A stretch of DNA of 64,000 nucleotides. Source: an uncultured delta proteobacterium. GTDB lineage: Bacteria > Desulfobacterota > Desulfomonilia > UBA1062. Position 1 is the stretch's first letter. Every line of letters begins with the position of its first letter. Location: the NCBI GenBank assembly GCA_963798485.1, contig CAWCTR010000014.1, forward strand, positions 443,722-507,721, in the 5' to 3' direction. Under the pieces are notes generated by a model. That model worked only from the letters and a program-made list of their open reading frames with translations. It was not told the DNA's origin and did not search any database. Below, one piece after another: positions 20,554 to 30,529 of the stretch. The position numbers and the translations under genes were made by a program.

Positions 20554-20592
20554 TGTGAACGGAGTATGAATGAACAATGAATTTTTTGTTAA
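20554..20592 (-). promoter_or_regulatory. Pho-box-like array upstream of the PEP-CTERM/TPS/TonB operon
   Basis: TTAACA-TTCATT-TTCATA-TTCACA at 11-bp period, then GTGG-TACAAC. Confidence 0.75.
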
Positions 20593-20726
20593 TATTGAAA
20601 ATAGTTTGTGGTCATGTATGTCATTGATTTTATATTTGTTTATTAACGTTGTCACGTCAGGTCCAGACCTTCGAGGCATGAGTGAAATGTGATACTCGGC
20701 TGAATCGTTTCACTCGGCGCATTTTG

Positions 20727-21581
20727 CTAGGTGCGCTTTGACTGGCCCGCAAGGGGGACACTCACCGTGAGAATCTCGCCGCTCCTCTCCACCTCGAAGG
20801 AGAGAGCAGAAGCGCCCTTCAGGCTCCTCGTTGCCAGCGCAGCATCACCCATGGAATTTACCGGAATCCCGTTGATGGACCTGATAATGTCCCCCGGTCT
20901 CATGCCGAACTGGTAAAGCCTCGAGCCGACCCCCACACCAGACACCCTGTAACCCTGGGATCGTGTCTGTTCCTGGGCCTGGGCAATGGCAGGGGCAATG
21001 GCGGACATACCCAGGGCAGACTGTGCTGAAACTTTAGCCCCCTGATTGGTTTTCAAGGCGCCTCCAGAAGCAATTTGGGCACCCCCCTGATTGGTATCTC
21101 TGAAATCCATGACAAGCATCTGGTTCCTGCCCCCTGTGCTTACTATGATCTGATCGCGGAATATGGCCTGTATGACCCCGCCTTTCAGCAGGTCACCGAT
21201 CTTGTAGATGCGCTGCTCTTTGTTCTCCTCGATAATTGCACGGGCTAGATCCTTCGGACCGGCTATGGTACCTTTAAGAACCAGCCCCATCGACAAAAAC
21301 GTGCCCATGGGCATGGACTGGTCCGTGGTCGCAGATCCTGTCCTGGCAACTTTGAACAAGTCCCTCTCGAAGATGACTTCATAGGCTGATTTTGTCCTGA
21401 TGGGCTTGTTCTGCATTTCTTTGGTGATATTAAGTGCCTTCTGAGGAACAGGAGGTTTATAGAGGATATGGCCTGCTATTGATGTCACAAGACCGGCTGC
21501 AACCCATGTAAACATACCAATAAAAAACACTGCAGCTATCCATTTATATTTATATAGTGTCTTGTTATAGTGTGACTTCAT
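20727..21581 (-). CDS. gspC: Type II secretion protein C-like (GspC, with PDZ domain)
   Basis: N-terminal TM, IFERDLF, LVLKGTIAG..ARAIIEE..QRIYKIGD (HR domain), GMRPGDIIRSING (PDZ). Confidence 0.8.
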   Translation of the reverse strand: MKSHYNKTLYKYKWIAAVFFIGMFTWVAAGLVTSIAGHILYKPPVPQKALNITKEMQNKPIRTKSAYEVIFERDLFKVARTGSATTDQSMPMGTFLSMGLVLKGTIAGPKDLARAIIEENKEQRIYKIGDLLKGGVIQAIFRDQIIVSTGGRNQMLVMDFRDTNQGGAQIASGGALKTNQGAKVSAQSALGMSAIAPAIAQAQEQTRSQGYRVSGVGVGSRLYQFGMRPGDIIRSINGIPVNSMGDAALATRSLKGASALSFEVERSGEILTVSVPLAGQSKRT

Positions 21582-21665
21582 CTATGAACCTGCACCCACC
21601 AACCCGGTAACTTCTCATTAATATATGCCTTGAAAGTTCAATCTATGAAATTCGTACCACGGATT

Positions 21666-21704
21666 TATCAATATCCTATGAACAAGCTGTTAATTTTAGG
21701 TTAA
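21666..21704 (-). promoter_or_regulatory. Pho-box-like array upstream of gspC
   Basis: TTAACC-TTAACA-TTCATA-TTGATA at 11-bp period, then GTGG-TACGAA. Confidence 0.72.
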
Positions 21705-21865
21705 CAATTGGGTCTTTGAAAGCCAGGATGAAGATATGATGGAAAATGTATAAATTCAGGTCAGGTCTATTGTCTCGATCTCACATAAAGTATATAGAAA
21801 GGATATTGATGCTCATTCGTTGGAAACCGGACCAATTGGTATACAATAAAAGTATAAATGAGCTC

Positions 21866-21882
21866 TTCATTGATTCTTAACA
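21866..21882 (+). promoter_or_regulatory. Pho-box-like site upstream of phoB (autoregulation)
   Basis: TTCATT-TTAACA at 11-bp period. Confidence 0.6.
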
Positions 21883-21943
21883 ATTATCTGGCATACGTAG
21901 TTTGTGATTGATAACTTAAGGCCTTATGGAAGGATGAACGTTT

Positions 21944-22618
21944 ATGGGTAAACGTATAGCTGTGGTGGATGACGAACCTGATATTATACACTTGGTCACT
22001 ATTCACCTCAAGAAGGCCGGGTACAGCGTGGACAGCTTTCTCAACGGAAGCTCCCTGCTGAAGTCTCTCCCGACAAGCATTCCCGATCTCGTCATCCTCG
22101 ACCTCATGCTGCCTGATCTCGATGGGTTCGATGTGTGCAGGATGATGAAAAGTAACCAAAGCTACGAGTCCATCCCCATCATCATGCTTACGGCAAAGGG
22201 ACAAGAGGCCGACAAAGTGACCGGCCTGGAGCTCGGCGCAGACGACTACCTGACAAAACCGTTTTCTCCCCGCGAGCTCCTTGCGCGAGTCAAGGCCGTA
22301 CTCAGGAGGACATCCGCATCGAAACTGGCTCAAATAATCGTCGGCGACATCTCCATCGACCCGGAACGGTTCGAGGTCATGGTCAATGAGAAACCCGTGA
22401 CCCTGACACCTGTTGAGTTCAAGATCCTCCACCTGCTTGCACAGAACCCGGGAAAGGTCTTTTCAAGGGAGCGCATACTCGACCACCTCTGGGGTAACGA
22501 AAAGGCCGTGATCGACAGGACCGTGGACGTGCATATCAAAAACCTCAGGGACAAACTGGGCCCTGCAGGCGACCTTGTGAGAAACATCCGGGGCGTGGGG
22601 TATAAGATCCAGGCATGA
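21944..22618 (+). CDS. phoB: OmpR/PhoB-family response regulator
   Basis: VVDDE, LDLMLP, GADDYLTKPF, RTVDVHIKNLR..IRGVGY; pho context. Confidence 0.92.
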   Translation: MGKRIAVVDDEPDIIHLVTIHLKKAGYSVDSFLNGSSLLKSLPTSIPDLVILDLMLPDLDGFDVCRMMKSNQSYESIPIIMLTAKGQEADKVTGLELGADDYLTKPFSPRELLARVKAVLRRTSASKLAQIIVGDISIDPERFEVMVNEKPVTLTPVEFKILHLLAQNPGKVFSRERILDHLWGNEKAVIDRTVDVHIKNLRDKLGPAGDLVRNIRGVGYKIQA

Positions 22619-24333
22619 GGAGATCCATTTTTTTCAAAATGTTCATGGGATACCTGGTGATCATGATCGCCATGGCAGTCCTTATCCTCACCTTCACCTA
22701 TGAGATCGTCAAATCGCATTATGAGCAAACCATGTCAGATAACCTGAAGAATATCGCCATTCCATTGCGGCAGGTCATGACCCCATACCTGACACAGGGC
22801 AAGCCGGACCATCTGAATGCCGTGGTCGGTGAGTACGCGCGCGCGCTTGAACTCAGGATAACGGTTATTGACCCTGCAGGCAAGGTGCTTGCAGATTCCG
22901 AGAGGGACCCGGCCACACTCGAAAACCACCGGGACAGGCCTGAAATGGGCCAGGCCCTTGCCGGTAAAACCGGTCAAAGCATACGTTTCAGCACCACCCT
23001 CTGGCAGGACCTTCTCTATGTTGCGCTTCCTGTCGAGGCAGAGGGAAAGATAATCGGCGTACTCCGGCTGAGTACCCCGCTAACGCACATCAGCAACCTG
23101 CTGAAGACCCTGAGAATAAGGGAACTCCAACTGACACTCATAGTTATTGTTATTTCACTGCTCATTGCAGCGCTCATCTCTCACCGCTTGTCAACGCCCA
23201 TCCGGGAACTAAGCAAGGCGGCAAGAAGGGTTGCCTCCGGAGATCTCTCCGTGAGGGTATCCCCCAAGCCCCATGCAGACGATGAGATCAGGGACCTCAC
23301 TGAAGGTTTCAACGAGATGACTCAAAGGCTTGGACAGACCTTTGCGGAACTCAGCGGACGCAATGAAGAGCTTGAGAGTATCATATCATCCATGACCGAG
23401 GCCCTGCTCGTACTCGATGAAGAAGGAAAGGTCCGGCTTTTCAATGCAGGCGCCCAGAAGCTCATGCCTGCTGAAAATATCCTGGGCAGATATTACTGGG
23501 AGCTGCTCAGATCGACAAGGCTCAACACATTGCTTGAGGAGAGCTCTGAAAGGTCCATCTCCGACGAGGTGGAGCTTGCGGATAAATCTTTCCTGTGCAT
23601 TATTACACCCCTTGCTTCCAGGAAGGCAAAGGTCGTGCTTCTGCATGACATCACAGAATTGAAGCAGATAGAACGGGTGAAGAAAGACCTGGTGGTCAAT
23701 GTCTCCCATGAACTCAGGACCCCGCTCACTGCCATCAAGGGATTTACCGAGACACTCTTGGATGAGGCAGACCCCAAATCAATGGAATACCTCCGGATCA
23801 TCAAGCGCCATACGGACAGGCTCATCGCCATGGTTAGTGACCTGCTTACCCTTTCCGAGTTGGAGGAAAAACCGCAGCTCGTCATCGACGATGTAAACCT
23901 CCAAGAGCTTATTACCAATGTGCTGGCTATCTACGATCCCAGGATAAGGGCCAAGGGCCTGGGTCTCACTGCCGATATCAGCCCCATCACCCTCAAGGGT
24001 GATGCATTCAAGCTTGAACAGCTCCTCACAAACCTCATCGACAACGCCCTTAAATACACGGAGAAGGGACAGATCTCCGTGGGTACCGAGGTGAGGGAGG
24101 ACAACGCCATTATCACCATAAATGATACAGGGATAGGGATACCGAAAGAAGACCTGGGAAGGGTATTCGAGCGTTTCTACGTAGTGGACAAATCACGTTC
24201 AAGAAGTATGGGCGGCACCGGGCTCGGGCTTTCCATTGCGAAACATATTGCTACGCTCCACGCCGGGTCTATCGAGGTGGCAAGCTCCCCATACACGGGC
24301 AGCACCTTTACCGTTATTATCCCTATAAAATGA
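22615..24333 (+). CDS. phoR: PhoR-type sensor kinase (sensor, HAMP, PAS, HisKA, HATPase)
   Basis: ENHRDRPE sensor motif, NVSHELRTPLT, FERFYVVDKSRSR, GGTGLGLSI; ATGA overlap with phoB. Confidence 0.92.
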   Translation: MRRSIFFKMFMGYLVIMIAMAVLILTFTYEIVKSHYEQTMSDNLKNIAIPLRQVMTPYLTQGKPDHLNAVVGEYARALELRITVIDPAGKVLADSERDPATLENHRDRPEMGQALAGKTGQSIRFSTTLWQDLLYVALPVEAEGKIIGVLRLSTPLTHISNLLKTLRIRELQLTLIVIVISLLIAALISHRLSTPIRELSKAARRVASGDLSVRVSPKPHADDEIRDLTEGFNEMTQRLGQTFAELSGRNEELESIISSMTEALLVLDEEGKVRLFNAGAQKLMPAENILGRYYWELLRSTRLNTLLEESSERSISDEVELADKSFLCIITPLASRKAKVVLLHDITELKQIERVKKDLVVNVSHELRTPLTAIKGFTETLLDEADPKSMEYLRIIKRHTDRLIAMVSDLLTLSELEEKPQLVIDDVNLQELITNVLAIYDPRIRAKGLGLTADISPITLKGDAFKLEQLLTNLIDNALKYTEKGQISVGTEVREDNAIITINDTGIGIPKEDLGRVFERFYVVDKSRSRSMGGTGLGLSIAKHIATLHAGSIEVASSPYTGSTFTVIIPIK

Positions 24334-24483
24334 TGGGGCTTACCTCTAGGGGTTTACCTGAGTAAAGCTTGAAAAATCAACTGTTACCAGGTGACATCCG
24401 CACTTGACTGAACAGGGCAATCCTTATAAAACAATTCCGGCACCATGTAAGTTACTCGCATGAGGACATTCGAGGAGGAGTGA

Positions 24484-25110
24484 ATGGGGTTCAGCTTTCT
24501 CCCTAAGGATCATAATTTCTTTGCACTGTTCAACAAGCAGGCACAATATGCGGTCGATGCCTCAGCACTGTTCGCCGAAATGGCTGCACAAGGGACCTTC
24601 GACACTGAGACGGTACAAAGGATGCGAGATATCGAGCACAATGCGGATGAGGTTGCCCATGAAATCATGAACCGCCTCAACAAGACCTTCATCACCCCCT
24701 TTGACCGCGAGGACATTCATGCCCTGGCGTGCGCGCTGGACGATGTCATTGATATGGTCTACACCATCTCTAACCGCATGAGGGTCTACAAGGTTGTAGA
24801 GCGAGACTCCGACCTCATGGAATTCTCCGCTATCATCGAACAATCGGTCCGCGCTCTGGCCTTAGCCGTCGAAGGCCTGCTGGACACCAAGCACCCGGAG
24901 ACAACGCTTAAATCCTGCATTGAGGTGAACCGGCTCGAGAATGTCGGTGATACCATGAGGGACGCTATCCTTACCAAACTGTTCGAGACCGCGCACGACC
25001 CCATCTATCTGATAAAGTGGAAAGAGATCTATCAGTTCGCCGAAAACGTGCTTGATATCTGCGAGGACGTGGCCCACATAGTGGAATCCATTATCGTTAA
25101 ACAAGCATAA
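24484..25110 (+). CDS. DUF47 / PhoU-like Pit accessory protein
   Basis: LNKTFITPFDREDI, LENVGD, IKWKEIY; directly upstream of pit. Confidence 0.9.
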   Translation: MGFSFLPKDHNFFALFNKQAQYAVDASALFAEMAAQGTFDTETVQRMRDIEHNADEVAHEIMNRLNKTFITPFDREDIHALACALDDVIDMVYTISNRMRVYKVVERDSDLMEFSAIIEQSVRALALAVEGLLDTKHPETTLKSCIEVNRLENVGDTMRDAILTKLFETAHDPIYLIKWKEIYQFAENVLDICEDVAHIVESIIVKQA

Positions 25111-25113
25111 ACG

Positions 25114-26094
25114 ATGACCCTTTACATCGTCTTTCTGATCCTTCTCGCCTTGACGTTCGATTTTCTGAACGGATTTCATGACTCTGCAAACTCCATTGCC
25201 ACTATTGTTTCCACACGTGTCCTTTCACCCCGATATGCAGTAATCTGGGCCGCCTTTTTCAACTTCGTGGCCTTTTTGTTCCTTGGTCTTCACGTGGCCA
25301 ACACCATAGGCAAGGGGATTGTGGATGTGGGCATTATCGACCCGAATATCATCTTCGCCACTTTGGTGGGTGCATGTCTCTGGGACATTATTACTTGGTA
25401 CGTCGGGCTACCTACGAGCTCGTCCCATGCCCTCATCGGCGGCATGGTCGGTGCGGCCCTAGTCAAGACCGGCCCTGATGCCCTGGTATGGAAGGGCATC
25501 ATTAAGACCATAACCTTTATATTTGTCTCACCCACTGTGGGGCTCTGTCTGGGTCTTCTCATCGGGATAGCCGTCTATTGGACCTTCAGAAAATCAACTC
25601 CACGAAATGTCGACCACATCTTCCGTAAAGGGCAGCTCTTTTCTGCTGCATTATACAGCCTGGGCCATGGAGGCAATGACGCCCAGAAGACCATGGGCAT
25701 CATCGCGGGGTTGTTGTTCAGTGCGGGCCTCCTGGGCGATAAATTCTATATCCCGTTTTGGGTGGTCATCTCATGCCAGACGGCCATTGCGCTGGGGACC
25801 ATGTTCGGCGGCTGGCGCATCGTGAAGACCATGGGCCAGAAGATTGCCAAACTCAAACCGGTAGACGGTTTCTGTGCCGAGGCCGGTGCTGCCGTCACCC
25901 TCTTCATCTCAACAGCCCTCGGTATCCCGGTAAGCACTACCCATACCATCACAGGGGCTATTATGGGTGTGGGCTCTCTGCGACGTATGAGTGCGGTGAA
26001 ATGGGGTGTTGCAGGCCGCATAGTGTGGGCCTGGATACTCACAATCCCAGCCGCAGCAGTTATTTCGGCCATCACCTACATACTTGCACGATAG
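25114..26094 (+). CDS. pit: PiT-family inorganic phosphate transporter
   Basis: NGFHDSANSIAT, PTSSSHALIGG, HGGNDAQKTMG, PVSTTH. Confidence 0.95.
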   Translation: MTLYIVFLILLALTFDFLNGFHDSANSIATIVSTRVLSPRYAVIWAAFFNFVAFLFLGLHVANTIGKGIVDVGIIDPNIIFATLVGACLWDIITWYVGLPTSSSHALIGGMVGAALVKTGPDALVWKGIIKTITFIFVSPTVGLCLGLLIGIAVYWTFRKSTPRNVDHIFRKGQLFSAALYSLGHGGNDAQKTMGIIAGLLFSAGLLGDKFYIPFWVVISCQTAIALGTMFGGWRIVKTMGQKIAKLKPVDGFCAEAGAAVTLFISTALGIPVSTTHTITGAIMGVGSLRRMSAVKWGVAGRIVWAWILTIPAAAVISAITYILAR

Positions 26095-26114
26095 ATATTC
26101 CCTGTGCAGACCTT

Positions 26115-26147
26115 GTAGGTTGGGTTTCGTCCCTCAACCCAACCTAC
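26115..26147. repeat. GTAG-type REP-like palindrome
   Basis: Perfect 12-bp inverted repeat GTAGGTTGGGTT...AACCCAACCTAC. Confidence 0.7.
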
Positions 26148-26165
26148 ACATTTGCAATTGGCCCC

Positions 26166-26204
26166 TTCATGAAAAATTAACACACTCTTTATTCATAATT
26201 CACA
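26166..26204 (+). promoter_or_regulatory. Pho-box-like array upstream of pstS
   Basis: TTCATG-TTAACA-TTTATT-TTCACA at 11-bp period; TATAAT at 26218-26223. Confidence 0.8.
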
Positions 26205-26243
26205 TTTGAGTCATATCTATAATAAAAACAGTGGAGGAATTTC

Positions 26244-27077
26244 ATGAAATCAAATTTGTCCTCAAAGATAACATGGTACATTATGGCGGTCCTGATCATT
26301 GCTATACCTGCCTCAATAGTCCATGCAGCGGGAAATACCATTATCATAAAGGGTTCGACCACGGTACTGCCTGTAGCGCAAGCGGCAGCAGAGGTCTTCA
26401 TGGAGAAGAATCCCGGCGTCAACATCTCGGTGCAGGGCGGCGGCTCCGGTGTGGGCATTGCCTCGCTCCTGGACAAGACCACGGATATCGCCGACTCATC
26501 CCGCAAGATCAAACCGGAGGAAATAGACAAGGCAAAGGCCGCAGGGGTCAACCCCAACGAGATCTCCATAGCGATCGACGGCATCGCAGTCATCGTGCAT
26601 CCGACCAATCCCGTCAAGGCCCTTACCAAGACCCAGATCAGGGACATCTTTACCGGCAAGATCACCAACTGGTCCGAGGTCGGGGGCAAGAGTGCCAAGA
26701 TCGTTGCCGTGAACCGCGATACCAGTAGTGGTACTTTCGAGGCATTCGAGACGCTTGCCCTGAACCACGAGAAGGTCCGCCCCGATGCGCTGACAACGGC
26801 GTCCAACCAGGCCGTGGCCCAGACCGTCGCCCAGACCCCGAACGCCATCGGCTATGTGGGGCATGGGTTTTTAAGCCCCAAGGTAAAGGCAGTGACCGTT
26901 GACAAGATCGAATGCACCAAGCAGACCATCCAGTCCGAGAAGTACCCGCTCTCCAGGTACCTGTACGTGTATACCAACGGCAAGCCGTCCGGGAACGTCC
27001 AGAAGTTCATCGGCTTTCTCCTGAGCGCCCAAGGACAGAAGCTCGTAGTGGACGAGGGGTTCGTCGAGATCAAGTAA
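26244..27077 (+). CDS. pstS: Phosphate ABC transporter substrate-binding protein
   Basis: KGSTTVLP, GGGSGVG, RDTSSGT, YPLSRYLY. Confidence 0.95.
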   Translation: MKSNLSSKITWYIMAVLIIAIPASIVHAAGNTIIIKGSTTVLPVAQAAAEVFMEKNPGVNISVQGGGSGVGIASLLDKTTDIADSSRKIKPEEIDKAKAAGVNPNEISIAIDGIAVIVHPTNPVKALTKTQIRDIFTGKITNWSEVGGKSAKIVAVNRDTSSGTFEAFETLALNHEKVRPDALTTASNQAVAQTVAQTPNAIGYVGHGFLSPKVKAVTVDKIECTKQTIQSEKYPLSRYLYVYTNGKPSGNVQKFIGFLLSAQGQKLVVDEGFVEIK

Positions 27078-27105
27078 CAATCTATTGTAAGGTGATGCCG
27101 ACTTG

Positions 27106-27138
27106 AGAGGAGGAGGGGCTCCCTGCCCTTTCTCCTCT
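27106..27138 (+). terminator. Hairpin after pstS
   Basis: 14-bp stem AGAGGAGGAGGGGC/GCCCTTTCTCCTCT with G-U pairs. Confidence 0.6.
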
Positions 27139-27151
27139 ATGAAAGCTGCCC

Positions 27152-27190
27152 TTAACGGATAATTCACCCGATCTTCATTGCATCTTAACA
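27152..27190 (+). promoter_or_regulatory. Pho-box-like array upstream of pstC
   Basis: TTAACG-TTCACC-TTCATT-TTAACA at 11-bp period. Confidence 0.78.
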
Positions 27191-27229
27191 ATTCTTCCCT
27201 ACTGATGAGTGTTGAAAGAGGAAACGGAC

Positions 27230-28129
27230 ATGGACAGGAAATCCCTGCGAAGAGTCAAAGAAGGCATCTACGAGTGGATATTCGCGACCCTGGCCTTTGC
27301 CTCGCTCGTTTTCCTCGTGGGCATCATCATCACGCTCCTCAGGGAGTCTTTGCCGGTCTTTGCCAGGATCAAGCTGAGCTCATTTCTCTTCGGGCAAGCG
27401 TGGTATCCCACCGCTGATCCACCGGAAATGGGGATATGGCCTCTGATCACGGCATCATTCACGGTGACGGTTGGTGCCATGGTGGTCTGTGTCCCCATCG
27501 GCATCGGCACGGCACTGTTCATTCATGAACTGGCAAGCCATTCCCAGCGGGCATTCCTGAAACCTGTCATCGAGTTGCTGGCTGGCATCCCTTCCATTGT
27601 GTACGGCTTTTTCGGCATGGTCATAGTCGCCCCGTTTCTTCAGGACCTTCTCGGCATACCCACAGGCCTGTGCGCCTTTACGGCAAGCCTGGTGCTCGGC
27701 ATCATGGCAACGCCCACGGTGGCGAGCCTTGCAGAAGACGCCTTGAGCTTTGTGCCCAGGAGCTTCAGGGAGGCGTCACTGGCGCTCGGCGCCAACCGGT
27801 GGCAGACGCTGACCAAGGTTGTCATGCCTGCTGCGGGTTCCGGCATCTCCACAGCCATAATCTTGGGCATGGGCAGGGCCGTCGGCGAGACCATGACCGT
27901 GCTCATGGTGGCGGGTGGTGCGGCCATGGTGCCCAAGAGCATCTTCGACCCGGTGAGGCCCATGACATCCACCATTGCAGCCGAGATGGGCGAGGCCGTG
28001 CTGGGGAGCCTCCATTATCACGCGCTCTTCGCCATCGGGCTGATCCTCTTTTTGATCACGCTCGGGGTAAATATCTGTGCGGAGATCATCAGCAGACGGT
28101 ACAGGCTGAAGCTGGGGCTCGGCAGATGA
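27230..28129 (+). CDS. pstC: Phosphate ABC transporter permease PstC
   Basis: [28 protein letters not shown]; start ATG 27230 with GAGG RBS. Confidence 0.95.
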   Translation: MDRKSLRRVKEGIYEWIFATLAFASLVFLVGIIITLLRESLPVFARIKLSSFLFGQAWYPTADPPEMGIWPLITASFTVTVGAMVVCVPIGIGTALFIHELASHSQRAFLKPVIELLAGIPSIVYGFFGMVIVAPFLQDLLGIPTGLCAFTASLVLGIMATPTVASLAEDALSFVPRSFREASLALGANRWQTLTKVVMPAAGSGISTAIILGMGRAVGETMTVLMVAGGAAMVPKSIFDPVRPMTSTIAAEMGEAVLGSLHYHALFAIGLILFLITLGVNICAEIISRRYRLKLGLGR

Positions 28130-29055
28130 CGACACAAAACGGCATTACGGAGAATCTCACCGGCACCATGCCGAAGCGGACCTCCGGAAAAAAGAAGCTC
28201 ATCAGGATGAGCGATGTCACGCAAGCCCTTGGGTTTCTCTTTCTGATACTCTGCATTCTTTTCGCGCTCTTTTTTCTCGGATCCATCATCTACTTTATCA
28301 CTTCCCGGGGAATAGCCGTCATCTCGTGGGAGTTCCTTACTTCTGTACCCAGAAAGGCCATGACACAGGGCGGCGTAGCACCTGCGATTGTGGGGACATT
28401 CTACCTCACCCTGGGCGCCATCGCATTCTCCCTGCCGCTCGGGCTTGCCAGTGCCATCTATCTGTGCGAGTACAGCCCGGGTAATGTTGCGGTGAACATA
28501 ATCCGCCTTTCCATCAACAACCTGGCAGGCATCCCTTCCGTAGTGTTCGGGCTTTTCGGGTTTGCGGTATTCGTGAAGATATTCGGCTTCGGTGTGTGTA
28601 TCCTCTCGGGCAGCCTGACGCTCGGCATCATGGCCTTGCCGGGTATCATTTCCGCATCCCAGGAGGCGATCCTTGCGGTACCCCAGTCATACAAAGAGGC
28701 ATCCCTCGCCCTGGGAGCAACACACTGGCAGACCATCAAGAAGGTGGTCCTGCCGACGGCCCTGCCCGGGATTCTCACCGGTGTCATCTTGAATATCGGC
28801 AGGGTAGCCGGGGAGACTGCGCCCATCCTGTTCACTGCAGCCACCTTTTATACGCGGGACTATCCTAATTCGGTTTTTTCCGAGGTCATGGCACTGCCCT
28901 ATCACATCTATGCGCTCATGACCGAGGGCACGCACCCTGAGGTGCAGACGGCAATCGCATACGGTTGCGCGCTCATCCTGCTTGCACTCGTGCTTGCCAT
29001 ATCGGCATGCGCCATCATCTTAAGACAGAAACAGAGGATTACCTATGGCTCCTGA
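28126..29055 (+). CDS. pstA: Phosphate ABC transporter permease PstA
   Basis: [22 protein letters not shown]; start set at ATG 28126 overlapping the pstC stop. Confidence 0.93.
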   Translation: MTTQNGITENLTGTMPKRTSGKKKLIRMSDVTQALGFLFLILCILFALFFLGSIIYFITSRGIAVISWEFLTSVPRKAMTQGGVAPAIVGTFYLTLGAIAFSLPLGLASAIYLCEYSPGNVAVNIIRLSINNLAGIPSVVFGLFGFAVFVKIFGFGVCILSGSLTLGIMALPGIISASQEAILAVPQSYKEASLALGATHWQTIKKVVLPTALPGILTGVILNIGRVAGETAPILFTAATFYTRDYPNSVFSEVMALPYHIYALMTEGTHPEVQTAIAYGCALILLALVLAISACAIILRQKQRITYGS

Positions 29056-29806
29056 GGTGAAGATCAGCGCACAGGACATCAATTTCTTCTACGGGAAGAC
29101 CAGGGCTCTGAAGAATATGTCCCTGGATATCTTTGAAAAACATGTAACTGCCTTCATCGGTCCTTCCGGCTGCGGCAAGTCCACCTTTATCAGGCTCATA
29201 AACCGCATGAACGATCTCATACCCGGCTCCAGGGTGGAAGGCCGGATCATGATGGACGGGTTTGACATCAACCACGTAAAGACCGATGTGGTGGACCTGA
29301 GGCGTCGTGTAGGTATGGTGTTCCAGAAGCCGAACCCCTTTCCCAAGACCATCTTTGAAAACATGGCATACGGGCTCACCATAGGCGGAATAAAAGATAA
29401 AGGATTTATTGAGAACAGGGTAGTCAACTCGCTCAAAAAGGCTGCCCTTTTTGATGATGTGAAAGACCGTCTGAACGACAGTGCACTCATGCTTTCGGGC
29501 GGTCAGCAGCAGAGGTTGTGCATCGCCCGGTGCCTGGTGGTGGAGCCCGAGGTGATCCTCTTCGACGAACCCTGCGCCAGCCTGGACCCCATCTCCACCC
29601 GCAAGATAGAGGAGCTCCTCCTGGAGCTCAAGAAAGACTACACCATCGTGATCGTCACCCATAACATGCAACAGGCAGCCCGCGTCTCGGACTATACGGC
29701 ATTCATGTACCTGGGCGAGCTCATCGAGTACGACCGCACCGAGAAGATCTTCACCGTACCCAAAGAGCGGATGACAGAAGAATACTTAAGTGGTAAATTC
29801 GGATAA
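29045..29806 (+). CDS. pstB: Phosphate ABC transporter ATPase PstB
   Basis: [41 protein letters not shown]. Confidence 0.96.
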   Translation: MAPEVKISAQDINFFYGKTRALKNMSLDIFEKHVTAFIGPSGCGKSTFIRLINRMNDLIPGSRVEGRIMMDGFDINHVKTDVVDLRRRVGMVFQKPNPFPKTIFENMAYGLTIGGIKDKGFIENRVVNSLKKAALFDDVKDRLNDSALMLSGGQQQRLCIARCLVVEPEVILFDEPCASLDPISTRKIEELLLELKKDYTIVIVTHNMQQAARVSDYTAFMYLGELIEYDRTEKIFTVPKERMTEEYLSGKFG

Positions 29807-29815
29807 GGAGCATTC

Positions 29816-30481
29816 ATGTTAGAAGAGGCAAAACTGACGAATCTGAAGAAGACGCTCATGGAGTTCGCAACATTGGTGGAGACCATGGTGGACCAGAGCA
29901 TCACCGGGCTGAAAATGAAGAAGCCGGACATGCTTCATGACGTGATACAGCTTGATGAACCGAGGGCAAACACCTACGAGGTCGAACTCGACGAGAAGAG
30001 TGTGTCCATAATCGCCCAGCACCAGCCCACGGGCAAGGCCCTGCGCACCATTATCATGACCCTGCACATCAACAGCACCCTGGAGCGTATAGGAGACCAT
30101 GCCGTGACTATTGCAGAGAGCGGCCTTATCCTTATCGAACAACCACCGGTCAAGTCGCTCATCGACATCCCAAGGATGGGGGATGTGGTGAAGACCATGA
30201 TATCGGACAGCATCACATCCTTTATCAACGAGGATGCCGAGCTTGCGAGGAGCGTATGCGAGCGCGACAACATCGTAGACGGCCTGCGCACCCAGATCAT
30301 CAGGGAGCTCATCACCTTTATGATATCAGACCCTACCTCTATCGAGAGGGCACTGCATCTCATGAAGATCGCGAGCAACCTGGAACGCATTGCAGACCTC
30401 ACCACCAACATCTGTGAGGACGTGATCTACATGGTCAAGGGGCAGGTGATTAAGCATCATATGAATGAAAGAAATGAATGA
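29816..30481 (+). CDS. phoU: Phosphate signalling protein PhoU
   Basis: Two PhoU repeats (LERIGDHA, LERIADLTTNICE). Confidence 0.95.
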   Translation: MLEEAKLTNLKKTLMEFATLVETMVDQSITGLKMKKPDMLHDVIQLDEPRANTYEVELDEKSVSIIAQHQPTGKALRTIIMTLHINSTLERIGDHAVTIAESGLILIEQPPVKSLIDIPRMGDVVKTMISDSITSFINEDAELARSVCERDNIVDGLRTQIIRELITFMISDPTSIERALHLMKIASNLERIADLTTNICEDVIYMVKGQVIKHHMNERNE

Positions 30482-30529
30482 ATCAAACCCTGTTGAACAT
30501 GAACGGCTGTTCGTTGGAAGATGATTCGT

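Noticed and set aside
27670-28125. N-terminal extension of the 461-aa pstA ORF
   Set aside because: Overlaps pstC out of frame; the real start is ATG 28126. Similar over-long starts were trimmed for exbB, purF, padR and the flavoprotein.
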